64,000 nt of DNA, from positions 583,646-647,645 of the forward strand of contig CP060261.1 of NCBI GenBank assembly GCA_022646525.1, given 5' to 3'. Below, in pieces: positions 1 through 13,630 of this stretch; within the stretch, counting starts at the first letter, position 1, and every line of letters starts with the position of its first letter. The notes under the pieces were generated by a model. That model did no database searches. It was not told the DNA's origin and saw only the letters and a program-made list of their open reading frames with translations. A program made the position numbers and the translations under genes. The DNA comes from Holosporaceae bacterium (lineage in GTDB: Bacteria; Pseudomonadota; Alphaproteobacteria; UBA7879; UBA5542).

Positions 1-1474
1 TTTGAAAAATAGGCATGATGGTATTTTTCTCCTTGGTCATCCCCCAAAAGCCAAGAGGGCGCGAAGGAAATGGATTGCGGCAAACAAGCTCGCCTTTTTC
101 ACCAATGATGGCATATTGACTGTCGTTAAAGACTTGTACATCCATGCCCAGGCCTGCACATTGAATTTCCCTGATAACGGGTTTTAAGGGGCTGCCTAAC
201 ACAAAACATGAAATAATATCGGTACCCCCGATAAAGACACTAAGCGCATATCATTTTTGATGTGGGCATAGGCATAGTCAAACTTTCCGGCGCAAGGGGA
301 GACCCTGTACTGGTCATAACTTTGAGGGCAGATAGATCCCACTTCTTTCGGGGAGAAAGCCCTTCATTTTCAAGGGCTGAAATATATTTTGCTGCAGTGC
401 CAAACAATGTCATGTTTTTCTTCTTCGGCATACTGAAATAAAATATGGCCATCTGGATAAAAAGGTGACCCATCATAAAGAAGCAACGTTGCGCCTGACG
501 CTAAAGCCGACATCTGCCAGTGCCACATCATCCATCCACATGTGGTGAAATAAAAAACACGATCTCCTTCTTTCACATCACTGTGTAGTTGATGTTCTTT
601 GACATGCTGCAGAAGCGTGCCACCTGCCCCGTGCACAATGCATTTCAGGGCCCCCACTGTGCCGGAAGAAAACATAATGTAAAGCGGCGTGTTAAAAGGA
701 AACGCTTCAAACCGAATATCTTGGGGGGCATAGGTTGCCCGAATGGTATGCCATGATGTGATGTGGGGAAGGGGTCAGGTGCTGTGCCGTCATAGCTGAA
801 TAAAATGGTATCGGTGAGAGACGGCAGGGCCTCTTGAACACTTTTAGTTTGTCATTAATAAAGTGCTTTTTGCCTTTATAGAGATAATAGTCGGTGGCAA
901 ATAAAAAAGCTTTGGCTCAATTTGTTCGAAACGATCAAGCATACCTTGTGTGCCAAAGTCAGGCGAACATGATGCCCAAATGGCACCCAGGCTTGTACAG
1001 GCCAACATTGCAATCAACGCTTCAGGTGTGTTGGGCGTCAGCCCCCACACGGTCGCCTTTTTTTAACCCTTTTTCTTTAAGGTATTGTCGTAGTACAGAG
1101 ACATGATCGTAAAGCTCTTTAAATGTCATGCGGCGCTTGACTTGATCTTCCCCCAAAAAACAAGGGCTTCAGCATTTGTGCGGTTTCTGAGCAAGTTTTC
1201 TGCAAAGTTGAGGGTGCTTTTTTCAAAGAAGACAGCTTTTTGAATATCTTCTTTTTGCGTTAATACGCTGTTGGGATCAAGTGGTACCAATATTATTGGC
1301 TTTGTGCCATAAAGCTGTCCAAAACGCTTCTGGGTGTTTTACCGACCAAGCATGAAGTTCTTTTTGTGTAGCCAGTTTTTGGCCATGTTTTTGATTGATT
1401 TCTTGTAGGAATTGCCACATTTGGCTGGCGCGCTGCTCTGTTTGAGAGGGCATATACATTATTTTAGATGTCAT
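1..1474 (-). pseudogene. acetoacetyl-CoA synthetase (acetoacetate-CoA ligase), partial at window edge, split over several frames
   Basis: Minus-strand fragments 1277-1474 (N-terminus, HPEAFWTALW), 844-1050 ([18 protein letters not shown]), 370-675 ([21 protein letters not shown]-binding motif), 240-476 and the reverse frame of 1-240 are colinear with AMP-forming acetoacetyl-CoA synthetases. Confidence 0.8.
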
Positions 1475-1496
1475 GATGTTTTGTCCGCTTTTGATT

Positions 1497-2090
1497 TTAG
1501 AAAAAATAGCCTTTTCTGTTTAGCAAAATAACATCTTCATCAGAAAGGTTTTTCAGTTTTTGTTTGAGCTTATAAATATGTGTTTCAATGGTGTGCGTTG
1601 TGATGCCTTCCCATAACCCCATACTTTTTTAAGTAAGTCATCACGTGAAATGGGAGCCCCTTTTTCTTTATCTAAAAAGACAAGAAGGCTGACTTCTTTT
1701 TCTGTCAATGTAATGGGTTCGGCTTTTTAAAGACCAGGCGCCGTTGTCCTGGATAAAGTGTGAATGCACTAAACTGAATGACAGATTGGGGCAAGGTTTT
1801 GTAAAAATTCTTGAAGAAACTGCAGCTGAAAAGGCTTTAATAACGTTTTGACAGAAAAGGGAGGTTGTGAAGCTTTTCATGGGCGCCAAGAAAACACACA
1901 ATTTGTGCGCCTGAATTTTGGCTGTGCGTTTTTTAAGTATGGCAACAGAAGGCAGCCCATCAAATAAAATAATATCGGCCTCAAGCGGCTTGGGTGTGAT
2001 TTCAAACTGAGGGTTGGCCGTTAAGAATTCTTCAATGGCATTGGTGACAGGGGTCGATTGAAACTGGAGTAAAAGTTTAGTTTTTTCCAT
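1497..2090 (-). pseudogene. response regulator with OmpR-type winged-helix output domain, one frameshift near 1720-1740
   Basis: ORF 1668-2090 has a receiver-like N-terminus (ADIILFD). The shifted frame reads LTEKEVSLLVFLDKEKGAPISRDDLLKKVWGYG...THTIETHIYKLKQKL, the Trans_reg_C signature, with stop at 1497-1499. Confidence 0.6.
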
Positions 2091-3243
2091 GGGATTGTTT
2101 TTTCAATATCAAGTCAATCGCGGCTTGTTTAGGAGTTTGTTGATAACTTTTTTCAGCGCTTTCTGCAATGATAATGTGGGGAGAAACCCCTTGTTGATCA
2201 AGCAAATGACCTTTGGGTGTTTTATAAAGCCCAGTTGTTAATTGAATCGCCGTATACCCAGGAGGAACGGGAAGAATGGTTTGTACCGATCCTTTGCCAA
2301 AGGTTTTTTCACCCACAAGCGTTGCCCGATTGTTTTCTTTCAGTGCGGCTGCCACAATCTCAGCAGAAGAGGCAGTGCCTTTATTAACAAGAATATAGAG
2401 AGGTAGTGTTGGCAAAAGTGCTTTCGACGGTTTTGCCGAGAAAGATTGGTGGTCTTTTGCAGTGCGTCCTTCAACAGATGTGATCATACCTTTTTCCAAG
2501 AAAAGGTTGGCAACAGAAAGGGCTTCTTCAAAAATACCGCCCGGGTTGTTGGTTAAATCTAATATCACCGCTTTGATATCTTTTTGTTTTTTCAGCAGTG
2601 CGGCCACCCGTCCGGCAATGCCTTGGTTGAAATGAGATAGGCGTATCATCAGAATGCCTTTTTTCGACTGACCATTTCAGGGCTTTAATATTGATATGGC
2701 GTCGCTTCATTGAAAAGGTGTGCGACTGATTGTTTCTTTTCGACTTTTAAAGTGATTTTTTCACCAATTTCGCCTTTAAGTTTGTCTTTGATTTCAGACA
2801 AAGAAAGCCCTGCCAAAGGGGTGCCTTCAATTTCAATCAGAATATCGCCCGTTTCAATGCCGGCTTCGGATGCAGGGTTTCGTCAAGGGGGGGCTGACCA
2901 CCACAGGCCGCCCATCTTTCATGGTAAATTCAATGCCAATGCCGCCAAATGAGCCCCGCAAACTGCCTAACAGTTCTTGGTATTTTTCGGCCGTGACGTA
3001 AGTAGAGTGCCCGTCAATGCCCGCCAGCATACCTTCAATGGCATTGGCAATCAGTACTTCATCAGAAACGGGGCGCGCACTTTTACTGCGAATATACCGA
3101 AAGGCTTCACTGAAAAGGTTCAGCTGTCTCAGTGTTTCTTGTGTGAGGTGGGCCAGGCATTGCTTGCCAGCGCCATCAGAACAACAACCATAATGTGCCG
3201 CATTATTCTGCCCCCAAGATTTCAGGCTTAATGGTGGTGCCAT
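2077..3243 (-). pseudogene. ctpA: carboxy-terminal processing protease (S41 peptidase), PDZ region out of frame
   Basis: ORF 2854-3243 (N-terminal part, GIGIEF) and ORF 2077-2649 (LDLTNNPGG, GTASSAEIVAAAL, GEKTFGKGSVQ). The PDZ segment (AGIETGDILIEIEG) between them is in another frame. Confidence 0.85.
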
Positions 3244-4174
3244 CTTGACGCATTTCTAAATACAAATAGCCTTTTTTTGCGGCATCCATTTGGCCAATTG
3301 GGTCGCCAACACTCACGTACTTTCCTGTTTCGGTGGTCACTTTGCCAAGCCCCGTCATCAATACGGTGTGCTTTTTCTGAAAACCAATAATGACAATGTT
3401 TTTATAGGTACGGAAGGGGCCTGCAAAAGTACTTCACCTGTTGTGGGGCTAGCACATAAGAATTGGGGCGCGTTTCAAAAACAACCCTTTACCGTCAGGG
3501 CTGTGATTGTGGGCCGTGCCAAAGGTCGCTATACGGGGGCCCTTGTACGGGAAGAAGCAAGCCAGAGGCTTCAGAGCCTTTCACAGGGAACTGGGCGCTT
3601 TTTTCAAGTTTTTGATCAGGGCTTTCAGGTTGGGTGATTCTTTTTGCCAATGCTTCTGTTTTTGTCGTTTTTCTTGTTCCTTCGCTTCTTTTCTTTTTGC
3701 TTTTGAAGCAAATCAGCAATTTTCGCATGCTTTTTCTTTATATGTTGTGACCTCTGAAAAAAGGGGTTTTCTTTTTTATTTTCAAGGGCACGTTTTTGGG
3801 CTTCAACTTCTTGAAGCTCTTTTTTAATATGCACAATTTGGCGGCGTAATCCACGCAGATAGGCGCCCATAGCTGTCATGCTATATGCAAAATGCTGCGC
3901 CCTTCTTTTCCATGGCGCACAATATGAGAAGGCGCCTCGGTTTCAAGGTTGCGTAACAGAACCAGTAAGCGCCCCATTTTTTGATGCTGTTTTTGTAACG
4001 TTTCGGCTTTTTGCACGAAGGCTGCTTCTTGGGCTTGAATTTCTTTTTCTAATGTTTCAACGGCTACTTCTGACGTGCGGCAATCACGGGCGGCCTTATT
4101 AAGATGGTCTTGCAAAGACGATGATAAAGAAAGCGATGCCCAAACTAGGCCTGTGAAAAAAAAAACGGCTTCAT
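3203..4174 (-). pseudogene. EnvC-like murein hydrolase activator / M23 peptidase, frameshifted
   Basis: Coiled-coil ORFs 3876-4115 and 3625-3879, then an M23 C-terminus (GKYVSVGDPIGQM...YLYLEMRQDGTTIKP) ending at stop 3203-3205. ATG at 4172-4174 encodes a signal peptide that is thrown out of frame by the A10 run 4156-4165. Confidence 0.7.
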
Positions 4175-4178
4175 TTAA

Positions 4179-5703
4179 CTAAGGGCTTTCCGTCATTTCT
4201 TTGGGCACATCAATGCCTAATAACGATAAGATTGTGGGGCTGACATCTTTTAAGCCACCGGTTTTATGAAGCACAGCATATTTTTTGTTGCGTCACGCAG
4301 AAAAAAAAGGCACAGGGTTTGTTGTGTGTGCCGTGTGTGCTTGGCGTGTTTTCGGATTTTCCATGGTTTCTGCGTTGCCATGATCAGCGGTGACAAGAAG
4401 TGTGCCGTTTTTTCTAGGATTATTTTTCAAGTTGGGCAAGGGCGTGGTCAACCGTTTCAACGGCCTTGATGGTGGGTTTCATTTTGCCTGTGTGGCCCAC
4501 CATGTCGGTGTTGGCATAGTTCATAATCACCACGTCAAATTTATCTGCCTTCAGCGCTTTTACAACATGGTCTGTAATCGCCGCTGCCGACATTTCAGGT
4601 TTCAGATCGTATGTTTTAACCTTGGGTGAAGAAGGCACAAGAATTCTTTCTTCGCCTTCAAATTCATCTTCAAGGCCCCCATTAAAGAAAAATGTGATAT
4701 GGGCGTATTTTTCTGTTTCTGCAATGCGCAGTTGGCGGATTTTTTCTTTGATAAAATTTCACCCAGTGTTTTAGGGTTTTAACTGGTGGAAACAAAATGT
4801 CAAGCCGGGGGCAAGGGCTTCAGAGTATTCTTTCATCGATACGCACTTAGAAAAAGACACTACTTTTTTCCGTTTAAAGTCGGTCGATTTTTATCGGTGA
4901 AAGCGTGCAAGATTTGGCGCACGCGATCTGCCCGAAAGTTCACCATGATGAAGGCATCGCCATCTTCCATGCCGGCGTAGTCCATGGCAACATGAGGGGG
5001 ATAAATTCATCTGTTTATCGTCTTTATAACAGGCTTCAATGGTTTTTTGCGGTGTGTCGAAATGCAGCGCATCTCCACAAACCATCGCATGATAGGCGGC
5101 ATCTGTGCGGTCCCATCTTTTGTCGCGGTCCATGGCATAAAAGCGGCCCATGATTGAAGCAATCGAGACGTTTGAATATTTTTTCAGTAAACCATCAAGA
5201 GCTTTCATTTCTGCAACAGCGCTTTTTGGGGGAGTGTCGCGCCCATCAAGAAAAAGGTGTAGTTTTACAGAAATGCCGGCCTTGGCTGCAAGGGTTGCAA
5301 GCGCAACGTAATGCTCTTGGTGGCTGTGAACGCCCCCTTCAGAAAACAGCCCCATGATGTGACATGTTTTGTTTGTGTCTTTCAGTTTTTTAAAGCAGGC
5401 CTTAAGAGATGTGTTGTCTTCAAGTTCGTTGCGTTGAATGGCGGCATGAATGCGGGGCAAATCTTGTAACACAACCCGGCCCGTGCCCAGGGTTGTGTGC
5501 CCCACTTCTGAATTGCCCATTTGATTTTGTGGAAGCCCCACACTGGGGCCTGATGCATCTAATAAAATTTCAGGATAGGTTTTAGTCCACCGATCCCACG
5601 TGGGAGTTTTGGCGGCAAAAATAGCGTTGTGTTGCGTTGTTTTGGTATGTCCCCATCCATCGAGAATGCAAAGAACAAGGGGTGTTTTTTTTGGGTTGGC
5701 CAT
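4179..5703 (-). pseudogene. gpmI: 2,3-bisphosphoglycerate-independent phosphoglycerate mutase, frameshifted
   Basis: ORF 4891-5802 contains MANPKKTPLVLCILDGWGH...MGNSEVGHTTLGTGR. ORF 4420-4638 contains [13 protein letters not shown]-terminus ends at stop 4179-4181. Confidence 0.9.
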
Positions 5704-5852
5704 GAGCATCCTGATGTTTTTACAGAAAAAGATAGCTGTTTTTAATGTTGGGATCAAGTTGATCGGCATAGTGTGAGAAAAGTTGTCGCAGTTGAAATGC
5801 ACAAGAATATTTCATATACACAATTGGATTATATATTTTTTTAAGGATTAAA

Positions 5853-6494
5853 ATGAAAAAAGTTTTATTAATGTTTTTTTTGGTTGCCAGTTATCTTGGC
5901 TTTGGTCATGGGGCAGCAAGAGTTAACTTGTTGTCTGAAGTTCAGCTCGCAGCTGATGTGTTAGAGGACTATGCTCAGGTGTGTGCTTCGCCCCAAAGCC
6001 GTGTTTCTTTTGAGGCGGCTTCTGACGCAGGTTCTTATGATGTCTTTATGGCGAAGCAAGAAAAAGAATTTGAAACAACACAAGAATCTATTGGAATTAT
6101 AATGGAACTTTTGGGAGATGAGTCAAACTCTATGGAAGACATTCTATGTTTCCTGTTGCGAATGCGCTTGGAAGCCTTGTGTGACAGAACAGAGGACTTA
6201 AATTTTTATTTCGGCGAGCGAAAAAAAGATCAGCTTGTAGTACCTGTATTGCCTTTCTTTTATAAGAAGGTTGTTGTGCATGATGCGGTTAGCCTTGCCA
6301 TGCACCATCTTCATCAAGATCAATATGAAATTACTGAGCACCTTATTTGTTTGGCCTACCGGGCATGCGATCCAACAAAAATTACAGGGAAGACTTTAGA
6401 ATTGCTGAAAATGTCACCACAATTATGGCCCCGACTTGCTCAAGAAACGGCAAAGCCTTTGTGCATTGATGCATGTGGGGGTATGCGCCATTAG
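5853..6494 (+). CDS. hypothetical secreted protein (213 aa), no recognisable domain
   Basis: Intact ORF with a Sec-type signal peptide MKKVLLMFFLVASYLGFGHG. Confidence 0.55.
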   Translation: MKKVLLMFFLVASYLGFGHGAARVNLLSEVQLAADVLEDYAQVCASPQSRVSFEAASDAGSYDVFMAKQEKEFETTQESIGIIMELLGDESNSMEDILCFLLRMRLEALCDRTEDLNFYFGERKKDQLVVPVLPFFYKKVVVHDAVSLAMHHLHQDQYEITEHLICLAYRACDPTKITGKTLELLKMSPQLWPRLAQETAKPLCIDACGGMRH

Positions 6495-6694
6495 AAAAAT
6501 TATGGGATTTATTGCCAGAAAAAATGAGAACAAAGGGTAATGTGGCGCATGTTGTGGTCACATATGTGTGGCCAGCATGCAAAAAAACCCCTAAAACTTC
6601 GTGAGTTTTTGATGAAGAAGCGCGCGCGAAATATCAAGCTTTTTGCGAGCGGTGTGATGGTGAGCTTTATGCTGCATATACGCGCTCAAGGCAG

Positions 6695-7477
6695 ATGGCG
6701 TTTTTAAAAGACGCAACGCTTGGTGGCAAGAAGGGCTATGTGCTGGCAGACGGTGTGACGGTGGGAGAATACTGGCCGCCTTTAGAGACGCCTCCCTTCC
6801 TTCAAAGGCAGATTGATGCACATTTTTCTGCTGTTGAGGTGACGCCGCTTGACTTAGGCCCGTCTTGCTTTTCTGCAAGTCAGACACTTAAAGAAGTACA
6901 ACAAAAACATCTTGCTGTACATAAAGAGAGGGCTGACACTGTAGCTGAAGCACAAGATCCTGTGCCTCAACAAGGTCTTGAAGGCGCAGCGCACGATGCA
7001 GAAGCAGTTCCTTCTCAGGATTTGGCTGATGTCTTTGAGGAAGCAGATCCTGTGGATGAAGCCGTGGTTACTACAACAGCCGCCAACGCACCATCCTTTG
7101 TGTATCCAGAAGGCCTTCGGGGTAAGGAGGTTGTGCATAGCCCGATGCCATTGCTTGAGAGCAGTCATGGGATTGGCAAGTTTTTAGATGCATTGTTTGA
7201 TTCTCAACGAGCATTATCATTATCGTTTAAAGATGTTGAGTGTGCCTGGAATCGAATCGGTGGGCGTGTTGAGGGCCAAAAGAGCGGTGGATCGCACCGT
7301 GTATTTATTGCCCCCGATGGCCGCAAATTGTGGGGATCTTATGACCATGGCGGATTCGGGCCCAAAACCATTAAATATATTCAGGCCTTGTTTTATTGGG
7401 CGGGCGCAAGGGAAGAATATGAAAAGGTTGTTACTAAGGCACGTGTCGTGCTGGCGCAATTTAACGAAATAGAATAG
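6695..7477 (+). CDS. hypothetical protein with C-terminal HicA/YcfA-like domain
   Basis: Intact 260 aa ORF. Residues encoded by 7226-7405 read FKDVECAWNRIGGRVEGQKSGGSHRVFIAPDGRKLWGSYDHGGFGPKTIKYIQALFYWAG (GSH...PDG...H...G...AG pattern of HicA). A short ORF from ATG 6612 (MKKRARNIKLFASGVMVSFML) in another frame could be a displaced signal peptide. Confidence 0.5.
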   Translation: MAFLKDATLGGKKGYVLADGVTVGEYWPPLETPPFLQRQIDAHFSAVEVTPLDLGPSCFSASQTLKEVQQKHLAVHKERADTVAEAQDPVPQQGLEGAAHDAEAVPSQDLADVFEEADPVDEAVVTTTAANAPSFVYPEGLRGKEVVHSPMPLLESSHGIGKFLDALFDSQRALSLSFKDVECAWNRIGGRVEGQKSGGSHRVFIAPDGRKLWGSYDHGGFGPKTIKYIQALFYWAGAREEYEKVVTKARVVLAQFNEIE

Positions 7478-7628
7478 ATTTTAAGGGCTAGAGAAAGGTC
7501 ACTGGCATAGGGCGTTGATTTTTACGCTGTTTTTAGGCGCGAAAATCTTGTGCGTGTGCAATTACGTGTTTCGCCTTTTTATCTTGTGTGATAGTATGGG
7601 CACACATAAATAAAATATAAAGTGTGTC

Positions 7629-8780
7629 ATGATGAAGTTTTCTTTTAAGCTTGGCCTTTTGCCCCAGTTAATAATTGTTTTTTGCGCTGCCTTCTTTTTG
7701 GGGGATATGATTCCCCCCTTTTATCGAAGCCTGTTTTACACCATTAGCCTTCAAATTCAGGAAATTTTAACGTTCTTTTTGCCGTTTATTATTTTCAGCT
7801 ATTTATTTGCGTGCTTCTTAGGCTTTGAGGACAATGTGCTTGTTTTCATTGTGTCGCTGGTTGTGTTTATGGTGGTGTCGAACTTTTTGTCGATGATGTA
7901 TGCCTACGCGGTGGGCGTTGGCTGCTTCTCTTTTATTAAAGGTGCGGCCGCCGAGATTTCTGCCCACACATTAAAACCTTTGATGTGTGTGAAGCTGCCC
8001 AAAATTCCCAATGATTATGCGTTAATGGCAGGAACGGTTTTGGGTGTGTTCTTTTTCTACTTCCGCAATAAAACGGCCCAAAAAGTTTCAGATTACGTGA
8101 AGCGGGCATCTGACTTTTTCTTGAAGAAAATCTTCATCCCTGTTGTGCCTCTTTTCATTTTTGGATTTATGGTAAAGATGGCCACTGAAGGCGCGTTACA
8201 TCATGCGGTGAAAACCTATGCCCCTGTGTTTGCGGCTGCAATTTTGGCCCAGGCTGTGTACATTGTTTTGTCTTTCGGCATTGCGGCGCGCTTTCGCTTT
8301 CAGGACTGGAAGCGGTATCTTCAAAACTCTGTGCCCATGGCCATTACCGGGTTTAGCACCATGTCGAGTGCGGCCACTATGCCCCTTTTGTTTGATAGTG
8401 CAGAAAAAAACACCAATCATTCACCCATTGTGAAGGCCTATGTGCCAGCGACGATTAACATTCACCACGTTGGTGATGGGGTTGTGTTTCCCATTGCAAT
8501 GATGGCTACGCTTTTAACCTTTGGACACCCATTACCAGACTTTTCAACGTATCTTTTGTTTACAGGGTATTATCTTGTTTTGAAATTTGGTGCGGCGGCG
8601 GTGCCGGGTGGGGGCGCCATGGTGATGATGCCTATATTGGCCAGTGTTATGGGGTTCGATGCGACCATGCAAGGGTTTATGCTGGGGCTTTATATGCTGT
8701 TTGACCCTTTCATTACCGTAACGAATACAATGTGTAATGGGGCAGCCGCCATTGTTTTTGCCCGTATTTTTAAAAGCTAG
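7629..8780 (+). CDS. dicarboxylate/amino acid:cation symporter (DAACS/SDF family)
   Basis: Intact 383 aa polytopic ORF with SSAATMPLL and AAVPGGGAMVMMPIL...LFDPFITVTNTMCNGAAA motifs. Confidence 0.85.
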   Translation: MMKFSFKLGLLPQLIIVFCAAFFLGDMIPPFYRSLFYTISLQIQEILTFFLPFIIFSYLFACFLGFEDNVLVFIVSLVVFMVVSNFLSMMYAYAVGVGCFSFIKGAAAEISAHTLKPLMCVKLPKIPNDYALMAGTVLGVFFFYFRNKTAQKVSDYVKRASDFFLKKIFIPVVPLFIFGFMVKMATEGALHHAVKTYAPVFAAAILAQAVYIVLSFGIAARFRFQDWKRYLQNSVPMAITGFSTMSSAATMPLLFDSAEKNTNHSPIVKAYVPATINIHHVGDGVVFPIAMMATLLTFGHPLPDFSTYLLFTGYYLVLKFGAAAVPGGGAMVMMPILASVMGFDATMQGFMLGLYMLFDPFITVTNTMCNGAAAIVFARIFKS

Positions 8781-8912
8781 TATAGCGTATTTATTGTGCA
8801 CTTTCGCGATTGTTCTTGATTGAATTTAGAGGTGGGGTGTGCTAAAAATAATAAGCCCTTAAGGCAACGCTGAAAATAAAATGAATACAATACGTTACGT
8901 AATAAGGTTCAC

Positions 8913-10030
8913 ATGAAGTTATCTGTTGATCGATCTTTTCTTCTTAAGGCGTTAAGCCATGCACATGGCATTGTTGAACGTCGCACCACATCCCCCATTT
9001 TGTCGAATGTTTTGTTATCTGCCCATGACGGCCAACTGTCGCTGACGGCAACGGATCTTGATATGTCGATTGTTGAAACCATGCCTGCCCAAGTAGAGGA
9101 GAGGGTGCCACCACCGTTTCTGCCCAAACATTTTATGATATTGTGCGCAAACTGCCGGATGGCACAGAAGTTGAACTGGTTGAAAAGACAGAAAATAACC
9201 ATTTGGTTGTGCGGTGCGGCCGGTCGCGCTTTAATTTGCCAACATTGCCAGCGAAAGATTTTACCACCCTTAAAACGACAGACTTGCCCCACAAATTTAC
9301 ATTGGCGGCCGAGCAATTGAAGGGGTTGATTGAAAATACGCGTTTTGCCATTTCAACAGAAGAAACGCGTTATTATTTGAACGGTATTTATTTACACACA
9401 CGCACCAATCAAAACAATTTAGTGTTGCGTGCCGTCTCGACAGATGGCCACCGCTTGGCGTTGGCTGATGTGGAAGAACCAAGCGGTGCATCGGGTATTC
9501 CAGATGTGATTGTGCCCCGTAAAACCATTCTTGAATTGGGCAAACTTTTAGAGACGACGGAAGCGAATGTATCGGTATGCTTATCGTTAACGCAAATCAC
9601 GTTTGAAGTGGGGCGCGTGTTGTTATCGTCACGCTTAATTGATGGCACGTTTCCTGACTATGAAAAGGTTATTCCCAAAGAAAACAACCATGTTTTAACA
9701 GTAAACCGGGCAAAATTTTCCCAGGCTGTTGACCGTGTTGCCACTGTTTCCAGTGAAAAGGCGCGGGGTATTAAGATGACCATTGAACCCCAAAAAGTGA
9801 TTATATCGATTTCAAATAACGAACATGGAACCGGCTTGGAAGAGGTTGAGGGCACTTATAACGGCAAGCGTTTAATTATGGGATTCAATGCACGCTATTT
9901 GTTAGATATTGCCCAGCAAGTAACTGGGGAAGATCTTGTTTTTCATTTGTCAGATGAAAATGCGCCAGCCGTTATCAAGGGGGGCACAGACCAGAACGCG
10001 CTGTATGTTTTGATGCCGATGCGCCTGTGA
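8913..10030 (+). pseudogene. dnaN: DNA polymerase III beta sliding clamp, one frameshift near 9095-9105 (probably a sequencing indel)
   Basis: ORF 8913-9320 (MKLSVDRSFLLKALSHAHGIVERRTTSPILSNVLL) and ORF 9143-10030 (RKLPDGTEVELV...YLLDIAQQV...MPMRL) are colinear with DnaN. Confidence 0.93.
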
Positions 10031-11184
10031 ATACAGATGCCCACGTGAACGCTTCGGTGGCGGTGCCGTTAAGCGCGCCCTCATTTTGGATTAAAGATTT
10101 AACCCTGTCTTATTTTCGGTCGTACACGCAACTTTCCTTATCGCTTTCTTCAAAATCGGTGGTGCTTACGGGCCATAATGGGGCCGGTAAAACTAATATT
10201 TTAGAAGCGCTTTCTTACCTTTCTCCGGGGCGTGGTTTGCGCCAGGCAAAGCTTGGCCATGTGACATCGCTGGATGCTGAAAACAAGGCGTGGGCCGTGT
10301 ATGCAAAGTTTGCCCATGAAGACGGGGAAGATGAAGTGGGCACAGGGTTGGCCACCCCCCATGACGAGCGTCGGACGGTTAAGATTAACCATACGGTTGC
10401 TCCCCAAAGTGATTTGCCCAAAATTACGTCTATTTTTTGGATGACGCCCCAGATTGATCAGCTTTTAAATGAAGGCATGGGGCACCGTCGCCGTTTTGTC
10501 GATAAGCTGGTGGCAAGTTTATACCCGGCACACACCCAGCACTTGCATCGCTATGAATATGCCTTGCGCGAGCGCAGCCATCTTTTGAAAGATGGCCAGG
10601 GAGACGACGTGTGGCTGTCAAGTTTAGAGAAGAAAATGGCTGAAGAAAGTATGGCTATTCATTCGTTGCGCCAAAGTTTTTTGTCTCAAATTAACCCATT
10701 ATCTTTAGCCCCTGAGACGGCGTTTCCGAAAGCGTCTCTTTCCCTTGAAGGGTTTATTGAAGCCCGTGCAAATGATATGGCGTCGTTGGATATTGAAGAA
10801 GCGTTGGCCAAAACTTTGCGCCAAAATCGTGTTGACGATGCACGCACGGGGGAAGTAAAGTGGGGGCTCATCAAACGGCTGTTGATTTTTGCATGTGGAA
10901 CACAAAAAAAAGCTGAATTTTGTTCAACTGGAGAGCAAAAAGCACTATTATTAAGTTTCATTTTGGCAAATGTGCGCTTGCATGTGCGTGAAAAGAAAAA
11001 TGCTCCGATATTGTTGCTTGATGAAGTTGTGGCGCATTTAGATGAAGGACGACGAGAAGCTTTGTGCAGCGAGATCTTGTCGCTTGGTGTGCAGTCGTGG
11101 ATGACGGGCACAGACGTGGATGCTTTCGCACCCTTTGGTGATGGTGTTCAGCACTTAAAAATTAAAAATGGGCAGATCGAATAA
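10027..11184 (+). CDS. recF: DNA replication and repair protein RecF
   Basis: 385 aa ORF with Walker A GHNGAGKTNILEA, signature STGEQKALLLS and LLLDEVVAHLD. Overlaps the dnaN stop. About 10850-10910 looks out of frame (see findings). Confidence 0.9.
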   Translation: MNTDAHVNASVAVPLSAPSFWIKDLTLSYFRSYTQLSLSLSSKSVVLTGHNGAGKTNILEALSYLSPGRGLRQAKLGHVTSLDAENKAWAVYAKFAHEDGEDEVGTGLATPHDERRTVKINHTVAPQSDLPKITSIFWMTPQIDQLLNEGMGHRRRFVDKLVASLYPAHTQHLHRYEYALRERSHLLKDGQGDDVWLSSLEKKMAEESMAIHSLRQSFLSQINPLSLAPETAFPKASLSLEGFIEARANDMASLDIEEALAKTLRQNRVDDARTGEVKWGLIKRLLIFACGTQKKAEFCSTGEQKALLLSFILANVRLHVREKKNAPILLLDEVVAHLDEGRREALCSEILSLGVQSWMTGTDVDAFAPFGDGVQHLKIKNGQIE

Positions 11185-11199
11185 TAGAAAGAAATAAGT

Positions 11200-13611
<2,412 letters not shown>

Positions 13612-13630
13612 TTAGTATACATGAAAGCTG

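Noticed and set aside
8781-8912. Chromosomal replication origin upstream of dnaN
   Set aside because: dnaA is not adjacent, and I could not find a cluster of TTATCCACA-like DnaA boxes or an AT-rich unwinding element in the 130-bp spacer. In alphaproteobacteria oriC is usually not next to dnaN.
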